From Thecamonas trahens ATCC 50062 (Eukaryota > Protista > Apusomonadida), in NCBI RefSeq assembly GCF_000142905.1, contig NW_013657672.1, positions 562,437 through 609,142 of the forward strand: a stretch of 46,706 nt of DNA, read 5' to 3'. Numbering within the stretch: position 1 is the first letter of the stretch; each line of letters opens with the position of its first letter. Positions 9,401-18,938 of the stretch are shown piece by piece. Position numbers and translations under genes: made by a program. Under the pieces are notes generated by a model that saw only the letters and a list, made by a program, of their open reading frames with translations, searched no databases and was not told the DNA's origin.

Positions 9401-12162
9401 CCGGCTCTGCGCGACGGACGCCGGCTGCCGGCCATCACCGCCTGAGGGATGTGCATGTGGACGAGGGCAGTGAGCTCGACGTTGTCATGCTTGCGCAGCG
9501 TCTTGAGCCACTGGCCGTTGACGTAGTTCCACACGTGGACAACGCCCGATCGGGTCGCCGTCAACAGCCGTCGCCCAGCAAGCGCCACCGTCGAGATGTG
9601 TGGCTCGGGCTCGGCCCAGTGGTCGGCAGCGCCGACGTGAAACTGGGAGACAAGGCGGCCGGACGCGAGGTCCCACACCGAGACCAGGCCTGACGCCGCC
9701 ACGCTCACGGCGCGGCCAAAGAACGGCTCGTAGACCACACCGGCCAGTGTCCCGTCCGGGTGCGTCGGTGGAATGCGCGGTGGCGGGAGCTTGCGGCGTG
9801 AGGCGGGGTCAATGCCGGCCGCACGGGCGCGTGCCGCGCCCGACACCGCCGCTCGTGGCGTTGTGTTGCGCCAGCTGGTGAGTAGCGCCGAGGCGAGAAA
9901 GAGGTTCTCGCGGCGCGGCTCGTACCGCATGGCCGAGAGAGCCGGCGCCGGTGCGGCAAGGAGCGGATCGTGGACAGTGAAAAGGCAGACTCGAGCGCGA
10001 ATGTCCCAAAGCTTGACATGGCCGTTGCGGGCGGCGGAGAAGAGACGGTGCGGCATGTCAGCGACTTGCAGCGAGACAATCGGGGCGGTGTGGGCATCAA
10101 AGACGGCGTACGGATCGGCGACGACAGTCGGCTTCCACAGCCGAATCATGCCGCCACGCCCGCCGGTGGCAATGTAGTGGGCGTCAATAGTGGAGCACGC
10201 AGCAAAGGTAGTGATGCCGTGGGGCGGGCAGCGCCAGACCCGGAGTGCCGGGCCCTCGTCGAGCGCGGTCCGCTCGCCGGTCTCCAGTGTACCGACGACC
10301 AGCGCATGGTGCGAGACCTCGTAACAGGCAGCAAAGACGCGGAGCTCCGGAAAGTAGGCGAGCTTGCGCACCCAGTTGTCAAACGGCATCGGCCCGGCGC
10401 AGGCACTCTCATGGCCCTTGAGGTATGCCGGGAGCATGGCAACCCGAGTGCGGGTAGTCGACACCCGCTTGGCGACAATGTTGTGCGAGTTGAGGACGTG
10501 GGCAAGACCCTTGGTCGAGGCTTTGTACTCATGGCGAGAAAATGTGTAGCCCGAGAGCCAGCCACCCGAGTCGGCGATGAGAAGGACCCGCGCGTCGTCG
10601 TCGACTCGCGAGTAGGCAAGCGCGAGCGGCACATGCTCCATGACCGACATGGGATCATCGACGCCGCCGCGCCACCCGCCAATGTTGATCTTGTAAGCAA
10701 GAACAATGTCAGTGACGGAATGGACGCCAATGATGCGGTAAAAGTAGACGCGAAAATCGTCCGAGGCAAGCGCCATCAGCCCGAGATCAGGCATCATGAC
10801 CACATCGTTGATCCAAGCCTGCGCCCGCGGCTTGGACGAGAGAGCATGAGCGTCAAAGCCATGGACTGCCCGTGCTCGCTCGCGCGCCAGCTTGGCCAGT
10901 TCATCACCGGCATTCACCGAGCCCATGGCGGGCGTCCAGTGGATGCGGCCGACCTTGTGCCGCACAACGCAAGAGACCCGCCGCGACCGCCCGGCGTCCG
11001 GGTATGCCCACACCACCATGATGCCGTCGCGGCCGATGGTGAGGACCTCGTTAAAGTCAGTGAGGTACTCGATGGCAACTATCGGCGCCCGGTGCGGTGT
11101 TGACCTCTGCGTCGTGCCTGGTGCGGACTTGGAGGTGCACTCAAACTCGACCGAGGCAAGGTCAGCAAAGAGCTCGACTAGGGCATCATCGTCGAGCGGA
11201 TCAGGTGGGCCTGCTCGCATCTCATTGCCACCATCACTGCCGCCGCCGCCGCCGCCGCCATCGTCGTCAGACGAGTACGAGTACGAGTAGACGTACGATT
11301 CGGCGCTGGCTGACCCGGATCTCGAGTCTGAGCATGAGCCCGGGTCCAAGGCTGATCGACCAAACAGGAGGCGGGCGATGCGCTTGTTGGCGGCATCGAC
11401 GACATCAATGTCGCTGCCCGAGCCCGACGACGACACCGCGCCCGGGGCGTACACCTTGGACACAGTGGTCAAGAGCTTCTGCTTCCTAGCACGGTGTCGC
11501 TTGGCACGCGAGGCGCGTGTGGCAGCAATGGCCCGCTCGGCCTCATCGGAGAGCTTGCGACGACGGACCCTGCGTTTGACGGTCCGGCGAGTTGGTGCAA
11601 TGTGGGCCACCGTTCCACGCACAACCGAAGACTGCGGAGCACGAAGCGACGAGAGCGCTTCTGCACGAGGGCTGGCCCTGCTCCTCTTCCCCTCAGCGTT
11701 GTCTGCGCTGGGGTTCCACATCTGGCCACGGGTCTGATACAGCGAGAACTCGACAAACTCTGCCAGCGAGATGACGCCGTCCAGATTGGCGTCGATGCGA
11801 TGGAAGAGATCTCGTGCGTACGCGGCAGCGGTTGCCTTACTCTGCCCTTGATGGAGGTGATGACCTCGGTCGCCACCCAGATTGCCGCCCCTCCCACTGT
11901 GCCCAAGACCCGGACCGAGTACGTCCGTAAAGGCAGCCACAAACTCATCAATGTCCAGCCCGTTGGACTTGTCAGCATCGGCAGCTTGAAAGCGAGCCAC
12001 AAGTAGCGAGAGATGATTCCGTTGCAGTGAGTTGCGGATCTCTGTATCCAGCTGAAGCAGTCGACGACGTCTCAGTTGCGCCGCATTCGCTTTAGCCACG
12101 CTCGCATCCATGTCACTTCGATTCTTCCGTCTCTGTCGCCGAGACGCACGACCATACATCAT
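6418..12162 (-). CDS. EF-hand + WD40 repeat protein (WDR49/WDR64/EFCAB8-like); true C-terminus probably near 7220-7300
   Basis: EF loops DADKSNGLDIDEF and DANLDGVISLAEF. WD repeats such as IATGGRGGMIRLWK, LFSAARNGHVKLWDI, IATGAYDGYIMVWH and LASGGADGVLRIWQ. Confidence 0.8.
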   Translation of the reverse strand: MMYGRASRRQRRKNRSDMDASVAKANAAQLRRRRLLQLDTEIRNSLQRNHLSLLVARFQAADADKSNGLDIDEFVAAFTDVLGPGLGHSGRGGNLGGDRGHHLHQGQSKATAAAYARDLFHRIDANLDGVISLAEFVEFSLYQTRGQMWNPSADNAEGKRSRASPRAEALSSLRAPQSSVVRGTVAHIAPTRRTVKRRVRRRKLSDEAERAIAATRASRAKRHRARKQKLLTTVSKVYAPGAVSSSGSGSDIDVVDAANKRIARLLFGRSALDPGSCSDSRSGSASAESYVYSYSYSSDDDGGGGGGGSDGGNEMRAGPPDPLDDDALVELFADLASVEFECTSKSAPGTTQRSTPHRAPIVAIEYLTDFNEVLTIGRDGIMVVWAYPDAGRSRRVSCVVRHKVGRIHWTPAMGSVNAGDELAKLARERARAVHGFDAHALSSKPRAQAWINDVVMMPDLGLMALASDDFRVYFYRIIGVHSVTDIVLAYKINIGGWRGGVDDPMSVMEHVPLALAYSRVDDDARVLLIADSGGWLSGYTFSRHEYKASTKGLAHVLNSHNIVAKRVSTTRTRVAMLPAYLKGHESACAGPMPFDNWVRKLAYFPELRVFAACYEVSHHALVVGTLETGERTALDEGPALRVWRCPPHGITTFAACSTIDAHYIATGGRGGMIRLWKPTVVADPYAVFDAHTAPIVSLQVADMPHRLFSAARNGHVKLWDIRARVCLFTVHDPLLAAPAPALSAMRYEPRRENLFLASALLTSWRNTTPRAAVSGAARARAAGIDPASRRKLPPPRIPPTHPDGTLAGVVYEPFFGRAVSVAASGLVSVWDLASGRLVSQFHVGAADHWAEPEPHISTVALAGRRLLTATRSGVVHVWNYVNGQWLKTLRKHDNVELTALVHMHIPQAVMAGSRRPSRRAGGSGIVADTASGASPDDKLYIVGTGWNRRIEVWKDAAISVCNLVWAEMPPSAGAASAEAKRKADQVAALEAFFVADRHIKLPAPPDTSRSRPSPRAGRLVTTSLGGQAVPPSDSHSDDVLALDVCLPNLIATGAYDGYIMVWHVHSHQLLARIRAPEHDAAAAAVENSPDPTAMCELMESMAQHALSFVRPPSKYSRVLAGAMLASGGADGVLRIWQFDASRRAEVVAAEPSPVPGQCIKTITRAGPSASLLLVGDTLGRVRVYGLRVRRAATGLLLHDSCQASTASIEDLVYVASEEHPTHTTAVLVGSSDGRVGVFQLRKAVFGPQRSKPSYVLERIGVFGQTTMWGCDNSAALTTASLFSSSTLQHHGRTLRYRDHAEMDVERLAKMPNVILRAQREYEASLRLAHGLDAEAPLPDHLLARGSVVARAYARREGDGKSALAMSALGAGVVAAAPDTNHLLAATHTSKWKRRKRGTAIAPEEQLFQLMPVDGDFDGSSSSSGESEAVAPDHGCRVAGHDGARGSGHSDENTLGFTWIEEGKSDKAIRAEKAAMYRVLDDAEIRSSTRVLKCTLKFGELPRASSSSNVDSPLFVETDARALSNPQLDLVGIEASAAEVAATRRRAMVAARAAAAAIDPYQVALASSEETKAAFAFAPPSSLATGHTSSIRPRYTCVLHDEYQGIHPAHDVVYGGEVDDAGADAGSYVWGAGQHSPKSVLLLAGGLVDRVAGVDPDRMEMILLDSHNRVPVGHLEPAGNDLGVVGKFGLELGLHLGQHLGNAKDDDGVKAREVGLPQISLAERRLRPHALAPRSPPRVQHQPVVDLVPGRHRPTLGSRNDHPPVARTQINHPRALVQPRDLIQHHPNLCRSCWHIRNSKLAKDRREKRRGERSHNPSHRSTPEQNLAGLPQTPSSAGLATDFIIDLSHTLPMPTLPAVCSYRACAIAQLDSGSLDRARSGRAVAVCGSRGVDRVEHAPTTGGEGMTSETDAATR
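6619..7287 (+). CDS. FAM173-family (ATPSCKMT/ANTKMT-like) mitochondrial protein-lysine methyltransferase
   Basis: N-terminal TM segment, then PYVPA, the SAM motif VDLGSGDGRVV, GYEINYWLV, DLWK and VIACRF, all typical of FAM173. The exact 3' end is uncertain (see findings). Confidence 0.85.
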   Translation: MRQVDDEIGGESGAGWGLGKTGKVLLGCAAVTGVMAALAAPFLTPVFRKFTIPYVPAAPTQVRMVLDQIPRLDKGARVVDLGSGDGRVVIAAAKRGAMATGYEINYWLVLYSRWRAWREGVWAQTTFRKADLWKTDLSGFDAIVVFGVAEMLAQMESKLKAELADNAQVIACRFKMPNWDPVVTIEKDHLHSVWVYTRDSINEATGQEKDTFRRMLSCAPHI

Positions 12163-12463
12163 ACACGCCACGGGCGCAGCCAGACACAGGCACAGACACG
12201 GAGACGGACGCAGACAAAAACCACACACGTTGGGTTGATCCCTTGGTCCTCTCCTCCCCCCCCCAAGGTTGCTCTCCCGCCCCGTTTCCCTCTGTATGGA
12301 GCAAAGTCGAGTTGGGTGTTGTGGCGCGATGGTCGTGTCGGCCGTGTCGGCCAGGGGAAGTCACTTGGCGCCATTTGGCAGGTTGGCATGTTGGCCGGTG
12401 CGAGGCCACACCACACCGATCAACGGATATGTGGTAGCCGTAGAGGATGGGAGGGGAGGGGGG

Positions 12464-12563
12464 NNNNNNNNNNNNNNNNNNNNNNNNNNNNNNNNNNNNN
12501 NNNNNNNNNNNNNNNNNNNNNNNNNNNNNNNNNNNNNNNNNNNNNNNNNNNNNNNNNNNNNNN
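12464..12563. other. Assembly gap
   Basis: 100 N. Confidence 1.
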
Positions 12564-12778
12564 TATATATACTATATATATACACATATACATATATACC
12601 CATATATAAACAGGACATACATAGACACATACATATACATAGAGATATATTTTTTTTATATTTTATATATATATATAGATATATATATATATACACATAT
12701 ATACACATAGATATACATACACATATACATATATATAGATATATACATATAGATATAGATAGAGATATAGATATATAT
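12564..12778. repeat. AT-rich compound microsatellite (TA/TACA/TAGA)
   Basis: Low-complexity AT-rich run in a GC-rich background. Confidence 0.95.
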
Positions 12779-13014
12779 CGACTTGAACCGAGCCGTTCCT
12801 CCTGGCCTCCATCGGAACACCGTGTACGGCTCGGTGCAGATGTTGCACTCTTTCGAGAACCTCGCCCGTGTCTGTCCGCACCGCACGCTGAGCAGTGAGT
12901 ATATGCCAATAAGTGGTGGGGGGGGGGGGGGGGGGGGGGGTACTCGAGTACCGTGCTTGTTCTGTTCACTTTGAGGCGTGTGATGACGTGCGCGAACGAT
13001 CTTGGCGCGGGTGG

Positions 13015-16000
13015 TCACAGCGAGCCGAGGACAAGGCATGTTCCGCATGCGACGACGGCAAGAGTGATGCAGATGACCAGCCAGGAGAGAAGGTGGACGG
13101 TGCGGTCGGCGTTTGCCGCTTCCATCATCGAGACAAGGCGGAGGACCATCATGATGGCGGCCTGTGCGCCCACTTCCATCTGGTGCGCAACACGGTCGCT
13201 GAGCGGGGCAAGGTGGAGCTGAAGAGCGAGTCCGATGGCGATGACAGCTGCGACGATGCCGCTGACAAAGACCGAGCCGCGAGGAATGAGGGCAACGGCG
13301 GCTGCGATGACCACCCGCCGAACAAGTACCACGCCCTCATACCACCACACGTCGGCGCGGTATGATTCCCAGAGGAAGGCGAGCGGGTGCTCATCGTCTC
13401 CATCCGACGAGCCGCTGCAATCAAGCAGCGGAGCTGCCTCGCTTGGACTTGCACCGCCATGATGCGCGAGCGCGACGCGAACAATAGCAGCCAACCCAGC
13501 AACCACCAGAACTAGGACTACAGCTGCACTCAGTACCAGCTTGGTGTGGGCGGTGCTCCAGCACTCGATCCACGGCGCGCTGTCAAGGTAGGCCCTACGC
13601 GCACCTGGCGCTGGGTCCGGCACGCACGAGAGCTGCGCAAGCGCGGTCTGCACCAGCGAAAAGACAAAAAGATAGGCGATGGTGCCGGCGGCACGGAGCG
13701 CACGCTCGCGGCGTACTCGGTGCGAGAACAAAGCAAACGCGCAGGCGATTGCCGTCGGCAGGCCTGGAAGCGCCACAAAGGCCCAGAACTCGCCCGTCGG
13801 ACCCAGGTTGAGGCAGCCGAGACCCGTGACGGTCAGCGATGCCCGCTCAAGCATGGCATGTAGCGTCTTAAGCGCGGTCGACGACTCGAGTGTCTGCTCT
13901 GACGACGCCAGCACCGCGCCAAGAATCTGGAGATACACGACCGTGGTTTTGAGGACGGCTTCGGCGCGCGGCGCCCGCGAGCTCTTGTCGGCCACCGCAT
14001 AAACTGTGAGCGCGACGAGGCCGATGGCAAGCGCAGCCACTTCCCACGCCTCGGCGAGGCCAAACACGGCAAGAAGCACGACCACGCCGGCTTCAACCGC
14101 AAGCGAGGCTGCCACAGCCTGAATCCGCCCGGTGTGGACCCGCAGCCGCCGCCAAAGCGACTGCTCTGGCAGCTGGGTCGAGCCCATGAGCAACGAGAGC
14201 GGTCGCACCGAGTCACGGCGGATAGCAATGTAGCCGACAACAAGCACAACAACCAGGCTTGCAATGACAGCAAACACACCCGCCGATCCGCTCGCCGAAA
14301 GCTTGCATCGCACGCACTCGCGGTCGGGACCAGAGGCAAACCAGCCGGCGCTGCACTCGGAGCAGAGGCGACCGCGCGCGCCGTTTGCGCACCGGCCATC
14401 ACCGAGGCACGCATCCTCGGTCGGACACTCTTCAAAGTAGCCTGGGTCGCTCGTTGGCGCAAAGCCTTCGCGTGCGCGCGGCAGATGGAGCTCTCCCTCG
14501 CACTCTGCACCATGGGGACAGGCGAGGCAGAATGTGGCCGGCGATGAGCGAGCCCAGTACCCGGGCTCGCACCCGCAAAAGTACCGTGCACATCTGCCAC
14601 GAGCGCCGAGTTGGGAGGGCAGCCACAGACCAGCGCGCCATCTTGGTGCTTGACTGGTGCCGAGCTTGCGTAGCATCTGTCGACAAAAAGTGTGACCGGT
14701 GGTGTCTCTAGCACGCCACCGTCGCTCAGCGCCGTCTGTGCTCTGATCCGGACCGAGGAGGCGAGCTTGGTGGTAGACTTGACTGCTACGCCGACGTCGA
14801 CAAACTGGGTCGGGCTTTGTGAGACGATCACGTCGGCGCTGCCACCGTACGCGATGTAAGGGTGTGGGACTTGGAGTGAGAGCACAATGTTGACGTCGAT
14901 GACCGAGTTGTTGGCGGCGTCGGTGAGGACGACGGCAAAACCGGACGGGAGTGGAAAACCCGACGGAAGCGCAATGCCGTTGATGTCGGGGAGTGGGGCG
15001 GCCCACGCGATGCTGATGGGCCGGGTAGCAAGGACAGACCCATACATGCTGGCGGCCGTCATAGCAGCAAGGGCTTGTACATCCGAGCCGTGGAGCACAA
15101 AGGCTCCCGAGAGCGGCTTACCGCCAGCCCGCGGGCAGGCGTAGACGACGCCGCCGGCGATGTTAGCATTGTTGAAGGCGCCAGCAAAGCCGGTCCCAAC
15201 ATTGAATATGCATCCGCAGCTAAAGAGCAGGCCGCCGTAGTCGGCGCGATTGTAGGTGAACTCGCTGTTCGAGAGCGAGAGAAAGCCGGATGAGGCATAC
15301 TCGACCATGGGCAACGAAGCCTCGAGGCTGTGATACAATGCGCCGACGGCAAAGAAGGTGTTGGCGACAGCAGCAACGCCACCGATCCGGGCGTAGTTTT
15401 CTGTAAAGATGTTTCCGCGGGCGGCGACGGTGCTTCCGGTGACAAAGAAGACACCGCCGATGTCGGCATGGCCCTGCGCAAAGAGCGAGTTACTTGCGGC
15501 CACGGCTCCCAAGTTCCTGACAAAAGCCACGCCGCCGTTGTCGGTGGCGAAGTTCGCGATGAGCTGCGAGTCAGTAAAGGTAACATAACCGGCCTTTTCG
15601 ACAAAGACCACGCCGCCGTTGCGGGCCGAGCATGACGCGATCGAGGTCCGGACAAAGGTGAGGCGAGAGCTAGGCGAGGCGTGGCGGCCGTTGATGTATG
15701 CGACCCCGCCGCTGGCGCCGGCGGTGCATCCGCGAATGATCGAGTCCGTGGCAGTAAATAGGGAGCCGCCTGCGAGCGAGGCAACTCCGCCCGAGCCGGG
15801 GGCCACAAGAATGCTGCTGTGCGGAAGAGAGCCCGTGTTGTCAAAGTCAGCAACGGTGACCGAGGTGAGCGCAAGGACTGCCCACCCGTCGAGCCAAATA
15901 GGCGACGAGCCCGAGAGCGTAGCCGATGAAAAGGTGGCACGGGCAAGAGTGAGGTTAGTCAACTCGAGGCGAACAGCAGATGTGATGGCAAAGAGTACAC

Positions 16001-18751
16001 CACCAGCGGATGTGGCCGCCGCGCCACAGTCTATGCCAGAGCCAGTGCGGCTGGTCCCGATCACCGATGCCGATTTGGTCAGGGACCAGTGGGCGGAAAA
16101 CCGGCAGGTGTCGAGCAGCGACGAGACGACGACAACGTCGGGCACGCATCGAGAGCCTCGCGCAAGCGTGGCAGCGAGGCATGAGAGCTGTCGCGGTGTA
16201 CCGCCGCAGCTGCCAGACGATCCTTCGACATGGCGAGTGGTCACCCGAAACGGATCGCCGTCCCACGGCGATGGCCGCTGGAAGAGGAATACAGCGTCTC
16301 CGCCTGAAAAGAACAGCAGGTCGTCGTAGCCGTTGCCATCTGGGTCAAAGACGCGTGGCGAAGCTGGAAAGCCACCCACGCTCAGCTGAATGAGACGCGG
16401 GCTGGGATCAAACGTTCCGTTGCCGAGCGCTGTGTAGACAAGGACAGCCTCGTTCGCAAGTGCAAAGACATCGAGGAGGTGCGCGGCCGGTGAGCGATCA
16501 AACTCACCCATGCCAATGGCGGTAACTTGGTGGGCGAGCTGGAATGGGAACTGCAGGATGGTGTATGGCGGTGTTGTTGCAGCCTGGGAGGTGAGCGCAA
16601 TGATGATGACCTTTGCATTCGACGGCAAGACAGCCAGGGCGGCCATGTCGTCAACCAGGGGCAATGCCAGCGTTGATGGCGACGATGCGAGCGGCGCTGC
16701 CGCGAGAAAGACGAATCGGCATTCCGGAAGCACCACACTGGTGGGAAGCCAAGGACTGCCCGGCTTGCCAGGGTTGGCTACAAGCACGAGGCCGGAGGTG
16801 GTGGCGACAGCAAAGTCGAAAAGACCTGGGAGGGTGGACGCGAGGCGGACAGGAACCGCGACGACTGGGGTCGTGAGCTCGAGGTTGGGTGCAATGGGAT
16901 CAAAGGAGTAGAAGAGCTCAAAGCTCGAGTTGAGGCAAGTTGGCGCAGCCAGAAGCAACGTTGGGCTCGGCGAGTCGAGCGCTGAGGTGATAAAGGCAGG
17001 GAGGCCACATGAAGCAAAGGGAGCGGCATGAGCAAGGAGTCAGCGATGGCGTTGAACGAGACGCCGGTAGTGATGGCCAGTGGCGCGATGATGGCAAAGT
17101 GACCACTGCCGATGTTGGCAAAGTATGCGAGCTGAAAGACCTCGCTACCTGCAGCGGTGACGACGGCGAGCACAAGGTCGAGGTCACCGTCGGCGTCGAC
17201 GTCGGCTAAGACTGGCCCGACAATCGAGAAGGCCCCGGAGCGGTACGCGGTAATCGATGGACCCGTGACATGGCGCCAGGCCGGCTCGTCGGAGGACGCG
17301 GCGGCGGCGACAATGTTGTTAAGGTAGACATGGATGACGCCGTCTATGAGGATGGCCAAGTCGGTCTCGGTGTCGTCGTCGATGAGGCCGAGCGTCCACA
17401 GCGACGACGAGAGCGGGGCATGAAGGCCGGCGAGAGTGGTTTGGGAGAAGGATGTGATTGGCAGAGCTTGTGGAAGCGCAGCCATAGCGCAGTAGTCGTG
17501 AGGGACGGTCGGGCACGGCGATGCAAGCACGAGCGGCGTGTGCGGCAGCGGAGTGCCGACCGGTGCAGAAATCATGCCTGTACCCCCGAGGTTTGACGAG
17601 TCGTAGAGGAGCGAGAGGCCATAGAGGTGCGACGAGGCGCCGCGCGTCGGGTCAAACCGGACCGCAAAGACCTGTGCGGGTGAGGCGGCAAAGGCAAACG
17701 GAAACGATACAGCGACGATCGAGGGGAAGGGGGAGAGAGACCAGAGCGCGATGGAGAAGACAGGTGAGAAGGCGCCGACACCAGGATCGCCGGACAGGAT
17801 CGCATATATGCTAAACTTGGCGGACGGAAGCGTAGTGGCGTGAGGCGGTTCGGCAATGGCCACCATAAGAAGTCCGGTGTCGGCAAAGTTGGTTGAGGAT
17901 CCGCCGGCGACAAAGTCGTCGAGGCCGTCGCCGTTGAGGTCGCCGGAGACCAGAGTGTTGAACTGGGTGCCACTCGATGGCGCCTGCGGGAGGACTGGAG
18001 TGAGCGCAAACGGGGTCGGGTTGAGCGGCGACGAGAGGACGTACGGCGTGGTGCCTCCGATGGCCACCACAGCGGTGGTGTCGAGGACAGTGGTGGAGAT
18101 CCACTCATTGACATCGCCACTGAACGAGTAGAGGAGTGTGACCGAGGGTGGAGCAGGCAGCGGGGCCTGGAGCGTCACAGCGTACACCTTTGTCGAACTG
18201 ATGGAGCTGTTGGGCGCCGCAGCAATGACAACGGTGGAGAGGAGGAGCGGAAAGGCAGGCGCATCCTGTAGCCGCGGCCCGCCGATGGCCTGTTGGGCAA
18301 ACGGGGCATTGCCGACGATGAGCGGATTCCCGGGGATAAACGAGGAGAGAGGACCAAAGACGGTAGCCACAGGCGAGCCCATCATGACTCTCAGTGAACC
18401 TGGGCCATGTGAGCTAGATGGACGGAGCGCGAGTAGGAGATCAGGCCATGTGTCGTTGTTGAGATGAGCGACAAGGACTGCAAAGAACTGGAGTTCTAGA
18501 TCTGGCGCTGATACCACTTCAACGGTAGCGTTTGATGACGGAAGGTAGGCGATGACGCGATCTGGCCAGGCGCAGAAAATCATGTTCTTTGCGGGCGTGC
18601 ATGACGCCAGCGGTGGGCTTGTCAGAGGGTGGGCAGGTGAGTGGCGAGGAAGCGGCGAGAACGCAGTTGATGAGGTGGAGCAGGGAGGGGGCGGGGGGGT
18701 GGTGGGCGTGGTGGGCGTGAGGAGGATGAGGAGGATGAGAACGTGGTACAT
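13015..18751 (-). CDS. Receptor-like membrane protein, paralog A (signal peptide, FG-GAP/VCBS repeats, Pmp-like GG[AV] beta-helix, Cys-rich region, multi-TM C-terminus); two -1 frameshifts, ~1912 aa reconstructed
   Basis: MYHVLILLILL signal peptide; GDLNGDGLDDF, DVDADGDLDLV and DPDGNGYDDLL motifs; repeated GGV[AF]; CLACPHGAEC; FLWESYRADVWWYEGVVLVRR. Span 5737 nt + 2 = 5739, divisible by 3. Colinear with paralog B. Confidence 0.8.
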
Positions 18752-18938
18752 GGGTGGGGAGTGAGGTTTTGGGAGTGGGGTGACGTGCGCGTGCGCGTGT
18801 GGCGGTGTGGCAGAGTGGCCGGACCTGTGCAGGGGCTGGGAAGGAATGATATGTGTGTGTGTGTGATGACAGTTGTTTGAGTAGTTGGGAGTATGAAAGT
18901 AGCGAGTGGCATGCACGCGTGCCGGGGCGGGGCTAGCA

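Noticed and set aside
12361-13048. Ile/Tyr-rich ORFs
   Set aside because: These are translations of the (TA)n microsatellite and the gap.
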